Notes: generated from the sequence alone by a model not told the origin. 37,914 nt of DNA from Armatimonadota bacterium (GCA_038215455.1 JBBQQW010000003.1:1-37914); one strand, 5' to 3'. Numbered from the stretch's first letter, positions 8,701 through 16,734 are shown. Made by a program: numbers and translations.

Positions 8701-11061
8701 GTCATCAACCTGAGCGGTGACCAAGTAACGCCGGCACCGTGGGTGAATGTGCTGGCTAATCCAGATTTCGGCTGCATCATCTCCGAGTCCGGTGCTGGAT
8801 ACACCTGGGCAGACAATTGCCACGAGCACCGCCTCACCCCCTGGTCCAACGATCCGGTCTGCGATACCCCCGGGGAGATCATCTATCTCCGCGATGAGGA
8901 AACCGGCACCCTTTGGACACCTACTCCGGCCCCGATCCGGGAGGCTCAACCCTACCAGATTCGGCATGGGCAGGGATACACCAGCTTTGAGCATCACAGT
9001 CACGGTTGCCGCCAGCAGCTAACGGTCTTTGTCCCCACGGACTGCAAGGCGAAGATCTATCGGCTGCAACTGCGCAATGATTCCGGGCGCAGGCGGAATC
9101 TATCGGTCACCGGGTACGTGGAGTGGGTGCTGGGCACTGACCGCCAGTTCACACGCCCATTTGTGGTCACCGATGTCGATAACGAAACCGGTATCCAGAC
9201 GGCGCGGAACTACTACCAAAATGAGGCGTTCTCCTCGCGCGTAGCCTTCATGGACATCCTAGGGGTGCCCACGCGCACCTTCACCGGTGACCGCACCGAG
9301 TTCATCGGGCGCAATGGGCATCTGCGTGCGCCTTCCGCCCTCACGCGGTTGGAGCTGACCGGGCGTGTCGGAGCAGGCTATGACCCGTGTGCGGCGGCGC
9401 AGGTGAAATTTGCCCTGAATCCTGATGAAGAGAAAGAGATTATCATCGTTATCGGCGAAGCGGATAATCTGGCCGCGGCACGCGAACTGGCGCTGCGCTT
9501 CCGCGTACCAGGCGCGGTGGTGGACGCACTCGCCCGTGTCAAACAGTACTGGAATGACAAATTAAACACCGTGCAGATCAAAACACCGGACTTTGCCCTG
9601 GATATCCTCATCAATCGCTGGCTACTCTACCAAACGATGAGCAGCCGCATGTGGGCGCGTTCTGGCTTCTACCAGTCCGGTGGTGCCTACGGCTTCCGCG
9701 ACCAGCTGCAGGATGTGATGTCGCTAGTCTACACCGATCCAGGACTGACACGTGAACAAATACTACGCGCGGCCAGTCGGCAATTCCTCGAAGGCGACGC
9801 GCAACACTGGTGGCATCCTCCCATTGGCGCGGGTGTGCGTACCCGCTGTTCGGACGACTACCTGTGGCTACCCTACGTCACTGCAGACTATGTCACGGCT
9901 ACCGCCGATACCGGCATACTCGACAGCAATATCCACTATCTGAATGACCGGGTACTGGAACCACAGGAAGAGGATCGCTATAACGTGCCGGGGGTTTCCC
10001 CAGTGGAGGAATCGCTCTACCAGCACTGCCTGCGTGCGCTCGACCGGGGGATAGACCACCTCGGGGAGCACGGTCTGCCCCTCATCGGCTCCGGGGACTG
10101 GAACGACGGCATGAACCTGGTGGGCAACGATGGCAAAGGTGAGAGCATCTGGCTGGGGTGGTTCCTCTGCGCGGCGCTGCAACGTTTCGCAGTAATCTGC
10201 GAGCATCACGGCGACCCGATGAAAGCTGATCATTATCGCCTCTCCGCCACCACCATCGCGGCGGCGATTGAAAAGTCCGGCTGGGATGGCGCGTGGTATC
10301 GCCGTGCCTATACCGATGAAGGCGTAGCGCTGGGATCAGCGCAAAATGAGGAGTGCCGTATCGACTCAATCGCACAGTCGTGGGCGGTGATCTCCGGCGT
10401 TGCCCAGCCCGAGCGAGCGGCTGAAGCGATGAAATCGCTGGCCAGCCATCTGCTGCGTCCCGCCGAAAAGCTGATCCTCTTGCTCACTCCGCCCTTCGAC
10501 CACTCTGCGCTGGAGCCGGGCTACATCAAGGGCTACCCGGTGGGGGTGCGCGAGAATGGTGGCCAGTATACCCACGCCGCCGTCTGGGTGGCACTGGCCG
10601 CCGCGCGCAGCGGCAATGGCACGCAGGCCGCCCGGTTACTGAAATGGTTGAACCCGATCCACCACTCGGCCAGTGCGGAGGATGCCGAAAAATATAAGGT
10701 GGAACCCTACGCTATAGCAGCGGATATCTACGGCGTTGCCCCCCATGTGGGACGCGGCGGCTGGACCTGGTACACCGGCTCTGCAGCATGGATGTATCGC
10801 GTCACCGTAGAGTCACTACTGGGCCTGCGGATGGAGGGTGGCGATATGGTGCTGAGCCCCTGTATCCCCGCCGAGTGGCCGGAATGCACCATCACTTACC
10901 AGTACTTCAGCACCCGCTATATCATCCAGATAGACAACCCCTTCAACGTGAACTGCGGTACCAAGCAGATAACCCTGGACGAAGAACCCCTCCCCGGCGG
11001 CCGCCTGACGCGGGTAGATGATGGCCGGGTACACTATATACGGGTGTTGCTGGGGTATTGA
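2770..11061 (+). CDS. ndvB: Cyclic beta-1,2-glucan synthase (Cgs/NdvB/ChvB): GT84 domain, TM segments, cyclase/glucoamylase-like domain, GH94 phosphorylase-like C-terminus
   Basis: EWLLDN, WERKRGKLEEFN, GKGIYD, LSHDLLEG, RWIRGDWQL, RTSPTNVG, YDLLASEARL, SWSGTMFEYLMP, PWGVSES, YQSGGAYGFRDQLQD, GDWNDGMN, GVRENGGQYTH, WYTGSAAW. ATG 2770 chosen because EPMRA...LEEYARELA matches the conserved N-terminus; the ORF track starts at 2716. Confidence 0.93.
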   Translation: MSALFSLLPDNISTNKIPEPMRANYIDITLLEEYARELARLQVVSTRLQRSRSLLRSLETDYRALNASQRTIVSWVRCNVPLTRSVEWLLDNAHIINAQVREIRRNLPSSYYNELPRLTEQPFRSFPRVYGMAVEVISHSNSKLDEERIATFVRGYQTDTTLTSGELWALPIMLQITLVQNLQRLTRQIVDAQQRRTVADKWVDKVFALARKDPSKLEQMLRKQDNLPEILDAVLAVQLLQRFFDQGAATTPLLHWLEVRLARQGMTFDDVTHTTHANEAANLESVGNCITSLRFVAGYDWAVFFESVSRLEQALRADPAGIYPQMDFPTRDSYRHAIERIARDTEHTEEEVAQFCIELASIAHTTEELPAKRRHIGYYLLDKGRDTLYERACGRRCKQLRRIGRALLPHTQPLYPLIIIAVTALLVDSMLHFAPAASGFIWWLMLLLLIIPASDLAMHIISWAVMKLFPPKLLPKLELKEGLTPEFRTVAVIHTMLSKNLRTQQLVEQMEVYYLANQEDCLHFAILCDFPDAQEQIMPNEDKLLTYAQDAIQALNDKYPSSETIFYLFYRQRQWNTVERKWMGWERKRGKLEEFNRLLRGASDTSFVTLDGDLSVLQQTRFIITLDEDTQLPRDAAKRLVGTLAHPLNQAILNAEGSRVIEGYGVLQPRVSIAITSARRSLFASIFAGQTGIDPYPTAVSDIYQDLFGEGIYMGKGIYDLDTFMTVLDGTFPENSVLSHDLLEGSHIRAGMVTDIEMVDSFPAHYLAAAARMHRWIRGDWQLIPWLFRMPYNAAGQRVRNPLTLISRWKILDNMRRSLVPPAVFVLLVAGMTILPGGYGRWLCFSLLVLATPIILYVTDDLRTNWGLLATGAFRWLFPHLRIMFHQMLLSIILIPHQAYLMVDAIVRTLWRLFFTHCRLLDWETAADAERRMRVDMGGYFRTMWPALALAVAACAAIIFTVPMTLLYLSPLLTLWLCSPYAAWLVSQKNTTRPLPLTEADKQELLKLARSTWGYFEDNVTLGDHFLPPDNYQEQTEATTTDSATDNCLAHRTSPTNVGMYLLSALAAYDLKFITLSDFLNRVSNTLETLEGLPRYYGHWYNWYNTQTKELLSPRYVSTVDSGNLAGCFIVLKQGIEEFLQLPDSTLALALELSPGSADQAQQLQERREECQQLMNRLMKCVMEMDFKLLFDEKRQLFHIGFQVEIAKLDDSYYDLLASEARLGSFIAIAKGDVAEKHWFRMGRQLTQSGDMRSLLSWSGTMFEYLMPLLVMRNYPGTLLDETYTAVVRRQQEYGAQVGLPWGVSESGFNARDLQFNYQYLAFGTPGLGLKRGLAADRVVAPYATVLALAVDPAGAMRNIATLKSMGAGNKYGLYEALDFTSDRVPRGEKFAIVRSVMAHHQGMSILAIDNILQRNIMQERFHGEPMIRATELLLQERLPRHAALIENAQADDVACRIVTPIEVPVVRQFTTPDTVEPEGQLLSNGHYSVLLTASGGGYSSCDGIAVSRWRSDPTSDIWGSYCYIRDIENDQLWSTTSHPLAENKTRPVQQAEDYLASFASDHVEYHRRDGDFITQMDVTVTPDHNAEVRRISITNNGRKPHRLDLTSYTEVALAPLPADLAHPAFSKLFLSTEFIASHNALICSRRPRTPAEKSPIMFHVLAYEGKSYGHVRYETDRNKFIGRGRDVSNPEALDQHHRLGNSQGSVLDPVLSLRRRVRINPGQTIRAYFTTGIAPDRAEALQLIEHYQEAKYADRAFVRAWTHSQVELRFLQMSAEKAHLTQRIACRLLYPNTQRRAQAESINNNKRGQAGLWAMGISGDLPVLLVSINREEETDIVREVLQIHAYLRFKGLTSDLVIMNEQRGSYLQPLRDRLRTILSDSPDRDMENRAGGVFMIQRDVISADDYLILTVAARVILKGSAGTIKAQLESKLLDTPLPKRFRQWRFDRQYSETAFPTEQLLFENGLGGFTGNGHEYVINLSGDQVTPAPWVNVLANPDFGCIISESGAGYTWADNCHEHRLTPWSNDPVCDTPGEIIYLRDEETGTLWTPTPAPIREAQPYQIRHGQGYTSFEHHSHGCRQQLTVFVPTDCKAKIYRLQLRNDSGRRRNLSVTGYVEWVLGTDRQFTRPFVVTDVDNETGIQTARNYYQNEAFSSRVAFMDILGVPTRTFTGDRTEFIGRNGHLRAPSALTRLELTGRVGAGYDPCAAAQVKFALNPDEEKEIIIVIGEADNLAAARELALRFRVPGAVVDALARVKQYWNDKLNTVQIKTPDFALDILINRWLLYQTMSSRMWARSGFYQSGGAYGFRDQLQDVMSLVYTDPGLTREQILRAASRQFLEGDAQHWWHPPIGAGVRTRCSDDYLWLPYVTADYVTATADTGILDSNIHYLNDRVLEPQEEDRYNVPGVSPVEESLYQHCLRALDRGIDHLGEHGLPLIGSGDWNDGMNLVGNDGKGESIWLGWFLCAALQRFAVICEHHGDPMKADHYRLSATTIAAAIEKSGWDGAWYRRAYTDEGVALGSAQNEECRIDSIAQSWAVISGVAQPERAAEAMKSLASHLLRPAEKLILLLTPPFDHSALEPGYIKGYPVGVRENGGQYTHAAVWVALAAARSGNGTQAARLLKWLNPIHHSASAEDAEKYKVEPYAIAADIYGVAPHVGRGGWTWYTGSAAWMYRVTVESLLGLRMEGGDMVLSPCIPAEWPECTITYQYFSTRYIIQIDNPFNVNCGTKQITLDEEPLPGGRLTRVDDGRVHYIRVLLGY

Positions 11062-11070
11062 GGGGGACAA

Positions 11071-11099
11071 TTACCATACCAGTTGATTTGCGGTATAAT
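11071..11099 (+). promoter_or_regulatory. Putative sigma70 promoter for the GmrSD gene
   Basis: TTACCA-N17-TATAAT, 22 nt upstream of ATG 11122. Confidence 0.55.
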
Positions 11100-11121
11100 G
11101 AAGGTAACAGGGGTGGCAAAA

Positions 11122-12828
11122 ATGCCGGGAATGAATTTTAATACTTCCAATAAGTCCTTTCGTCAGTTGATCGGCAATGGTTTGATATATTCAGTACCGC
11201 GTTTTCAGCGTGATTACTCCTGGGGGGTGGAAGAATGGGATGATCTCTGGCAAGATATCTGTGAGATGCTGGATGACGGCGAAACCTCCACCCATTACAT
11301 GGGCTACCTGGTGTTGCAAACGGCCAATAACAAACGATTCAGCATTATTGATGGGCAGCAGCGGCTGGCGACTTTTAGCATTTTGATATTAGCCGTACTG
11401 GCGAGTTTGCAGGATTTGATCGACCAGGGCATCGATAGCGAACCGAATTCTCGTCGTTCCGATCAATTACGCAATACCTACATCGGCTACCTGGATCCGG
11501 TGTCGCTAGTGACAAATTCCAAGTTGGAATTAAACCGAAATAATGATAAATTTTACCAGCAACACCTGGTACCACAGGGAAATATCCCGAAAAGTGGGTT
11601 GAATTCTTCCGAGAAACTGTTACGGCAGGCTTTTTACTGGTTCAAAGAGCGAATCCAGGAACGCTTCAAAGATAAGAATACCGGCGCGGAGCTGGCGGGC
11701 TTTATCGACTTCATTGCCGATGGCATATTCTTCACCGAGATAATTGTCACCGACGATTTGAATGCCTACAAAGTGTTCGAGACCCTCAATTCGCGCGGTG
11801 TGAAGCTGTCCTCAACTGACCTCTTAAAGAACTATCTCTTCTCGGTGATAAGCAATGAATCCGACCGGGAAGAAGATCTGGAAGCGCTGGAAAATCGCTG
11901 GGAGAATATCGTCGACATGTTGGCCAACGAGAAGTTCCCTGACTTCCTGCGCACTTACTGGAACAGTAAATTTCCGCTGCTCCGTCACGGTGAGCTTTTC
12001 AAAGGTATTCGCAAGTACATCACCAACCGTAAAGAAGCCTTTGAGCTGATACTGAATTTGCAGGATGACGCCGAGATCTTCCAGGCTTTACGCGATCCGC
12101 TGGATCATCTGTGGACTGATGAGCAACAGAACTATGTAAAAATGCTCAATTTGTTCCGCGTAACCCAGCCGCACTCGCTGTTGTTTGCCGCACATCGGAG
12201 ATTACCCTCCGCTGATTTCACCCGCATCTTACGCGCTTGTGCCATATTATCTTTCCGCTATAATGTCATCGCACACTTTAATCCCAATGACCTGGAGATA
12301 ATTTACAACAAAATTTGTGTAGCCATCGAAAAAGGCGCTATCACAAAATATGCCGAAGTTCTCAGTGCATTATCGGTCAAATATCTCCCGGATGAGCAAT
12401 TCAGGAATCTCTTCGCCGAGGTGGAATTTAAGACATCTGAATCACATCACAACAGGATTACCAGATATATCCTTTTCGCCATCGAAGAACATCTCACCGG
12501 CGTTGAATATGATACCGACAGTGATCTCTATTCTATCGAGCATATTCTACCGATCAATCCCGCTGATGAATGGCCATCTTTCAATAATAATCAACGTGCG
12601 CGCTTCATTTTTCGTCTCGGGAATCTAACCTTGCTCGAACGCGAGCGGAATCGGGAAATTGGCAACAGTGGCTTTGCAGAAAAGCAAGCTACCTTCGCCG
12701 CGAGTCAGTTTAATATCACCCAACGAATCGCTGCAGAAAACTCCGAATGGACACCCGAGCGCATCGCCGCCCGGCAGAAATGGCTGGCAAAGCAGGCGTG
12801 CAGCATCTGGCGTTTGGATATTCCGTAA
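11122..12828 (+). CDS. GmrSD-family (DUF262 + DUF1524) type IV modification-dependent restriction endonuclease
   Basis: DUF262 motifs VPRFQRDYSW, IIDGQQRL, FETLNSRG. DUF1524 HNH-like motifs SIEHILP and RLGNLTLL...N...GN. Visibly more AT-rich than the upstream gene. Confidence 0.88.
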   Translation: MPGMNFNTSNKSFRQLIGNGLIYSVPRFQRDYSWGVEEWDDLWQDICEMLDDGETSTHYMGYLVLQTANNKRFSIIDGQQRLATFSILILAVLASLQDLIDQGIDSEPNSRRSDQLRNTYIGYLDPVSLVTNSKLELNRNNDKFYQQHLVPQGNIPKSGLNSSEKLLRQAFYWFKERIQERFKDKNTGAELAGFIDFIADGIFFTEIIVTDDLNAYKVFETLNSRGVKLSSTDLLKNYLFSVISNESDREEDLEALENRWENIVDMLANEKFPDFLRTYWNSKFPLLRHGELFKGIRKYITNRKEAFELILNLQDDAEIFQALRDPLDHLWTDEQQNYVKMLNLFRVTQPHSLLFAAHRRLPSADFTRILRACAILSFRYNVIAHFNPNDLEIIYNKICVAIEKGAITKYAEVLSALSVKYLPDEQFRNLFAEVEFKTSESHHNRITRYILFAIEEHLTGVEYDTDSDLYSIEHILPINPADEWPSFNNNQRARFIFRLGNLTLLERERNREIGNSGFAEKQATFAASQFNITQRIAAENSEWTPERIAARQKWLAKQACSIWRLDIP

Positions 12829-12834
12829 GCGGCT

Positions 12835-13890
12835 CTATTTGATAAAAGTAAACCCGAACATGCCGGCGGTATAGATTAATATCTGCCAGATGGAATCCCA
12901 CCCCATGCGTAATATCCGCTTTTGCGGTGGATGTAGGAAGGCAAATGCATATACGCCCATCATCACGATGGCGACGATGATGAGCAGCACATCCGTATGC
13001 TGGGCACCAGAGAGTATCGGCTTATGCGAGACCATATCGGCCAGCAAGAAAATCGACGGCATGAAGGCGTTACCGCCCATGATGTCACTGATGGCCAGAT
13101 GATTATCGCCAATAAATATTGCTTCGATACCGGTGCTGATCTCCGGCAACGAGGTAATCAGCGATATCATGGTAGCGGCAAATATGCCAGCGCCGATATT
13201 CATCTTCGTGGCGATCATGGTGCCGCTTTCTTCCAGTGCAAAACCAGCTATCAGGGTGACGATAGCAGCAAATAGGAAGTATCCCACTACCTGATACGTC
13301 GGCTTGCCTTTATAGAAGACGTGATTCTCCACCGCCCGGCGTTCATGGCGCTGTCGCCCGCGTTTTTTTTTCTCCTCCGTCTCCTCGACATTCGCCGGAT
13401 TCTTCCGCTGAATATTGATGAAGAATAACCCGCCGAACCACGCCAGCACAAAGCTTAGTGACATCGGGTTAATCTGGTTGAAGGCATACGTTGCGGGGAC
13501 GAACATGCCCACCAGCGCCAGCGTGGCAATGAGAATGGCAAACATGGTCTCATAAAATAACAACATCGACCCGGCATGGTAGGAGAGCGGCCGCTTGCCC
13601 TTGCCCGCAATATCGAAAATCACGATTACCAGCGTCTGGATAGCTAGCCCGCCCACCAGATTGCCGAGGATTACCTCGAAATGCTTGTTGGCAGCGGCGC
13701 TCCATACCACGGCAATCTCCGGCAAACTCCCGGCAATACCCAGCAGTATCAGCCCACCCAGCGCATCACCAATTTTCCAGCGCGTATCGAGCGAATCCGT
13801 GGATTTAGCGAGAGAAATACCCGCCACCCACGTGGCGGCGCCTGCCAGCAGAAATATCAACCAGATTACCCACAGCGGAAGATTTTCCAT
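12835..13890 (-). CDS. Calcium/cation (CaCA, YrbG-like) antiporter
   Basis: About 10 hydrophobic segments and two alpha-repeats (GSLPE...GNLVGG and TSLPE...DIMGGN). GGAGAG RBS. Confidence 0.85.
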   Translation of the reverse strand: MENLPLWVIWLIFLLAGAATWVAGISLAKSTDSLDTRWKIGDALGGLILLGIAGSLPEIAVVWSAAANKHFEVILGNLVGGLAIQTLVIVIFDIAGKGKRPLSYHAGSMLLFYETMFAILIATLALVGMFVPATYAFNQINPMSLSFVLAWFGGLFFINIQRKNPANVEETEEKKKRGRQRHERRAVENHVFYKGKPTYQVVGYFLFAAIVTLIAGFALEESGTMIATKMNIGAGIFAATMISLITSLPEISTGIEAIFIGDNHLAISDIMGGNAFMPSIFLLADMVSHKPILSGAQHTDVLLIIVAIVMMGVYAFAFLHPPQKRILRMGWDSIWQILIYTAGMFGFTFIK

Positions 13891-13978
13891 CAAGCTCTCC
13901 TATGCAGCAACATCCAATTATGAGATGTGCCGTTTTTGAATTTATCACGCATAGCGAGGTTGTACTTGGAACTTGGAA

Positions 13979-14743
13979 CTATTTCCCCTTCTCCACCGCC
14001 GCCGTCTCCGCCGTTTTATCGCCGGTGAGGTTGGCACGCTGGAACTCGGTGGTATTGGGGAGGTTCATCTGGAAGGAACGGATCGTTTCGATGTTGATCA
14101 CTCCCTGCTCCAGCACGCCGTCCAGCATATGGCCGCCGGATTTATGGTCATCGCTGAGGTAGTGCAGGTGGTAGCCGGGGACGTTGATGCCGGCGACGAA
14201 TTTGGGGCAGCGGAAGCCGACCAGGGTGCCGGGGCCGTCGGGCACGGTGAAGACGGTCTGCTTCTTCACCACCTCGGCCAGCGGGAGGTAGGGCGGCGTC
14301 TGGCGGGGCACGCTACGCGCCTTCACGCCGGTGAATTTGCCGCTCACGCGGATGGCGTAGAAGTAATTCTCGCCGCAGAGCTTGTCCGCCATCGCCTCGA
14401 TATCGGCGAAGGAGGTGGGCTGCAGCACCACGATGCTGAGCTCCGGCTGATAGCTGGTGACGGCGGCAAAGGGCGTGGTGGCGCTCTTATCCATCACATT
14501 AACCGCCCCGGTGGAGGTGATCTGGTAGCAGACGCCATCCAGAATAACCATCTCGCCATCCAGCGCATCAAAGGTGCCGATGCCGAAATTGCCGTTCCAC
14601 AGCAACTCCCCCACCGTAGTAGTCCCCCCATACACCCCGGTAAGCAGCGCGCTAAGGGTGGATACCTGGTAGATACTCTGCGCCTGGGCGAGTAGCCCCA
14701 GCGCCAGGGTGGCTAGTAGTATTAGGGTGCGTAGTGGTTTCAT
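13979..14743 (-). CDS. budA: Alpha-acetolactate decarboxylase with N-terminal Sec signal peptide
   Basis: IYQVSTLSALLTGVYGG, GIGTFDALDGEM, TPFA, ARSVPRQ, GYHLHYLSDDHKSGGH (Zn-binding His). N-terminus MKPLRTLILLATLALGLLAQA. Confidence 0.9.
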   Translation of the reverse strand: MKPLRTLILLATLALGLLAQAQSIYQVSTLSALLTGVYGGTTTVGELLWNGNFGIGTFDALDGEMVILDGVCYQITSTGAVNVMDKSATTPFAAVTSYQPELSIVVLQPTSFADIEAMADKLCGENYFYAIRVSGKFTGVKARSVPRQTPPYLPLAEVVKKQTVFTVPDGPGTLVGFRCPKFVAGINVPGYHLHYLSDDHKSGGHMLDGVLEQGVINIETIRSFQMNLPNTTEFQRANLTGDKTAETAAVEKGK

Positions 14744-14786
14744 GGGTTACTCCTATGAAAATAGATTTTGCAGGCGCTTTGCCGAA

Positions 14787-14923
14787 TGGTCTACCTAACC
14801 CCCAGCCCCTTCCCTGCGAGGGAAGGGGGGCCGACTGTAAAACCTTGGTACGAAAAAACACAACCCTCCAATTGCACACCCCCGTCCCGCGCCGGGAAGG
14901 GGGCCGGGGGGTTAGGTAGACCA
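14787..14923. repeat. REP-doublet / MITE-like inverted repeat
   Basis: TGGTCTACCTAACCCCCAGCCCCTTCCC (14787-14814) is inverted against GGGAAGGGGGCCGGGGGGTTAGGTAGACCA (14894-14923). Related copies at ~26074-26153 and ~19797-19814. Confidence 0.85.
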
Positions 14924-15125
14924 AGGCTAACGCCATTGATACTATACAAGTTTTTCATCCACAAATAATGAAGCGCACTTCATCACTGATTCCTATAGGT
15001 TCAGACCGGGGGCGGTGCCTTGTCGATTACCCACATCTTTGTGGCGATTTTCCACCTACTTATGGGTAATTGATAGGCTTACGCCCCAGGCATTATTCCG
15101 TCGCCGCTTCGCGGTGGTTACCATC

Positions 15126-15437
15126 TCAAGCCAGATTCTTCAACATCCCCCCAAATCGTGCATTGCCACTTTCCAATGCCTGTTCGATCTTTGGATTACT
15201 GCCTTCATCACCTGCCAACTCCCGCATCGCTTTCTCATATTTATCATGGAACTTCAGGCCGACTGCGCGGATTTTCTCGGCGCGCTCTTCATCGGTGACT
15301 GGGGTCAGGATGAGGCTTTCGCCGTCGGTGTGCAGTTGCAACGTGGTGTTCTCATCGATGCCCAGCAGATCGAGGATTGGCTTTTCTATTACGATCGCGC
15401 GGCTATTGCCATGCCGGGATAGCTTTTTCGTTATCAT
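15126..15437 (-). CDS. AbrB/MazE/SpoVT-family antitoxin-like DNA-binding protein, no adjacent toxin
   Basis: MITKKLSRHGNSRAIVIEKPILDLLGI...LQLHTDGESLILTPV is a swapped-hairpin signature. AGGAG RBS. Confidence 0.85.
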   Translation of the reverse strand: MITKKLSRHGNSRAIVIEKPILDLLGIDENTTLQLHTDGESLILTPVTDEERAEKIRAVGLKFHDKYEKAMRELAGDEGSNPKIEQALESGNARFGGMLKNLA

Positions 15438-15455
15438 TGTTTTTACTCCTGCAGA

Positions 15456-15477
15456 TACAACCGTTATAACTATTGTA
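15456..15477. promoter_or_regulatory. Palindromic operator candidate upstream of the AbrB gene
   Basis: TACAA-CC-GTTATAAC-TA-TTGTA, overlapping a minus-strand TACAAT -10-like box. Confidence 0.55.
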
Positions 15478-15488
15478 CAACACTCCCC

Positions 15489-16505
15489 CTACATCGGCGG
15501 CAACGGCGTCAGCAGTTCGCCGAAGTGGTTCTCTTTTTTGGTTTCTGCTTTACGTCCGAGAAAAAGGAAGTAGCTGGTAAGGAGTACTGCTTCGATGCCG
15601 GCGACGATGAATTTTATCTCGCTGGGCATATATATTGGTTCAATCGGTGAGAAGAAGCTTTCGATAAAGCCGGCGATTACCAGCATACTCGCCACACCCA
15701 GCATCAGCTTCAACGCCTCTTTACCGCTGGCTACCAGCGCCACACGACGCGGCACATTGCCGGGATTGAGTAGCGCGTAACCTAGCAGTAGCCCGGCACC
15801 ACCGCTGATAAAGATGGCGGTAAGCTCGAACACGCCGTGCGGGGCGACGAAAGCCCAGAAATTGGTAGCGGTTACCCCACCATCCAGCGCCACCCCCGCG
15901 CCAATAATCCCCAGCATGAGGCCATTACTGATGAGCAGCAGGATGGTGACCACCCCGGCGAGAATGCCCCCGGCGAAGGTGAGGATGCACACCTTGATAT
16001 TGTTAGTGATGATGAATGCCGCCACACTCGGGCGCGTGTTGGCGGGCATCCAGTCTGTCGATTGCCGATGCCGCTCATTCTGGCCCTCAGTGCCGTCCAA
16101 AAAATCCGCGGGCAGCACCTGCCGTGCCACGGCACGATCATGAAAAGTGAGTGCTGCACCTACCCCAGCGGGGATCATTGACACGATAAAGGCGATTAAT
16201 ATCCAGATGAAATGCTGCCGGAAGGCGCGTGGAAATTCATGAAGATAAAACCTGCTGATGCTGGGCCACGGCCGCCGTGGGGAGACATAGATATACGGAT
16301 AACACTCCCCCACCAGGTCATTAAGAAAGATGACGCGCTCGGGGTCAACCTGGCGCGAACGTTGAAACGACAGCTCCGCTGCCGCCCGCCGATACTGCCG
16401 CCCGAACTCGAGTATCTCCGCTGATTCCAGCTTCGCAAACCCGCCCACCTTCATCGCCGCCAGCAAGTCCGCCAGCCGCTGCCATTCTTGATATGGTACG
16501 CTCAT
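15489..16505 (-). CDS. SpoIIM/DUF95-family membrane protein
   Basis: WQRL...YRRAAAELS...LNDLV, IITNNIKV, NGLMLG, VAPHGVFELTAIFISGGAGL, IAGFIESFFSP. Start uncertain (16505 or 16553). Confidence 0.85.
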   Translation of the reverse strand: MSVPYQEWQRLADLLAAMKVGGFAKLESAEILEFGRQYRRAAAELSFQRSRQVDPERVIFLNDLVGECYPYIYVSPRRPWPSISRFYLHEFPRAFRQHFIWILIAFIVSMIPAGVGAALTFHDRAVARQVLPADFLDGTEGQNERHRQSTDWMPANTRPSVAAFIITNNIKVCILTFAGGILAGVVTILLLISNGLMLGIIGAGVALDGGVTATNFWAFVAPHGVFELTAIFISGGAGLLLGYALLNPGNVPRRVALVASGKEALKLMLGVASMLVIAGFIESFFSPIEPIYMPSEIKFIVAGIEAVLLTSYFLFLGRKAETKKENHFGELLTPLPPM

Positions 16506-16734
16506 GCAAAGCATTATATCATTAAAGCAATGGTTATCGGGGGGTTCTGGCATGTTTTTCTTACAGAATTTCAGAAATTGTGGCGGTTCTCCACAGAATT
16601 AATCCCATTTTGCATTTCCTCGCTAACTCCGGCAGGAGATCACGCACTGGGATGCGAATAACATAGTATAGTGACGAAAAATTGGCTGGTACTTGCTTAT
16701 CATAGGAGACCGGCAGGAGGAAAGTTTTTTTTAG

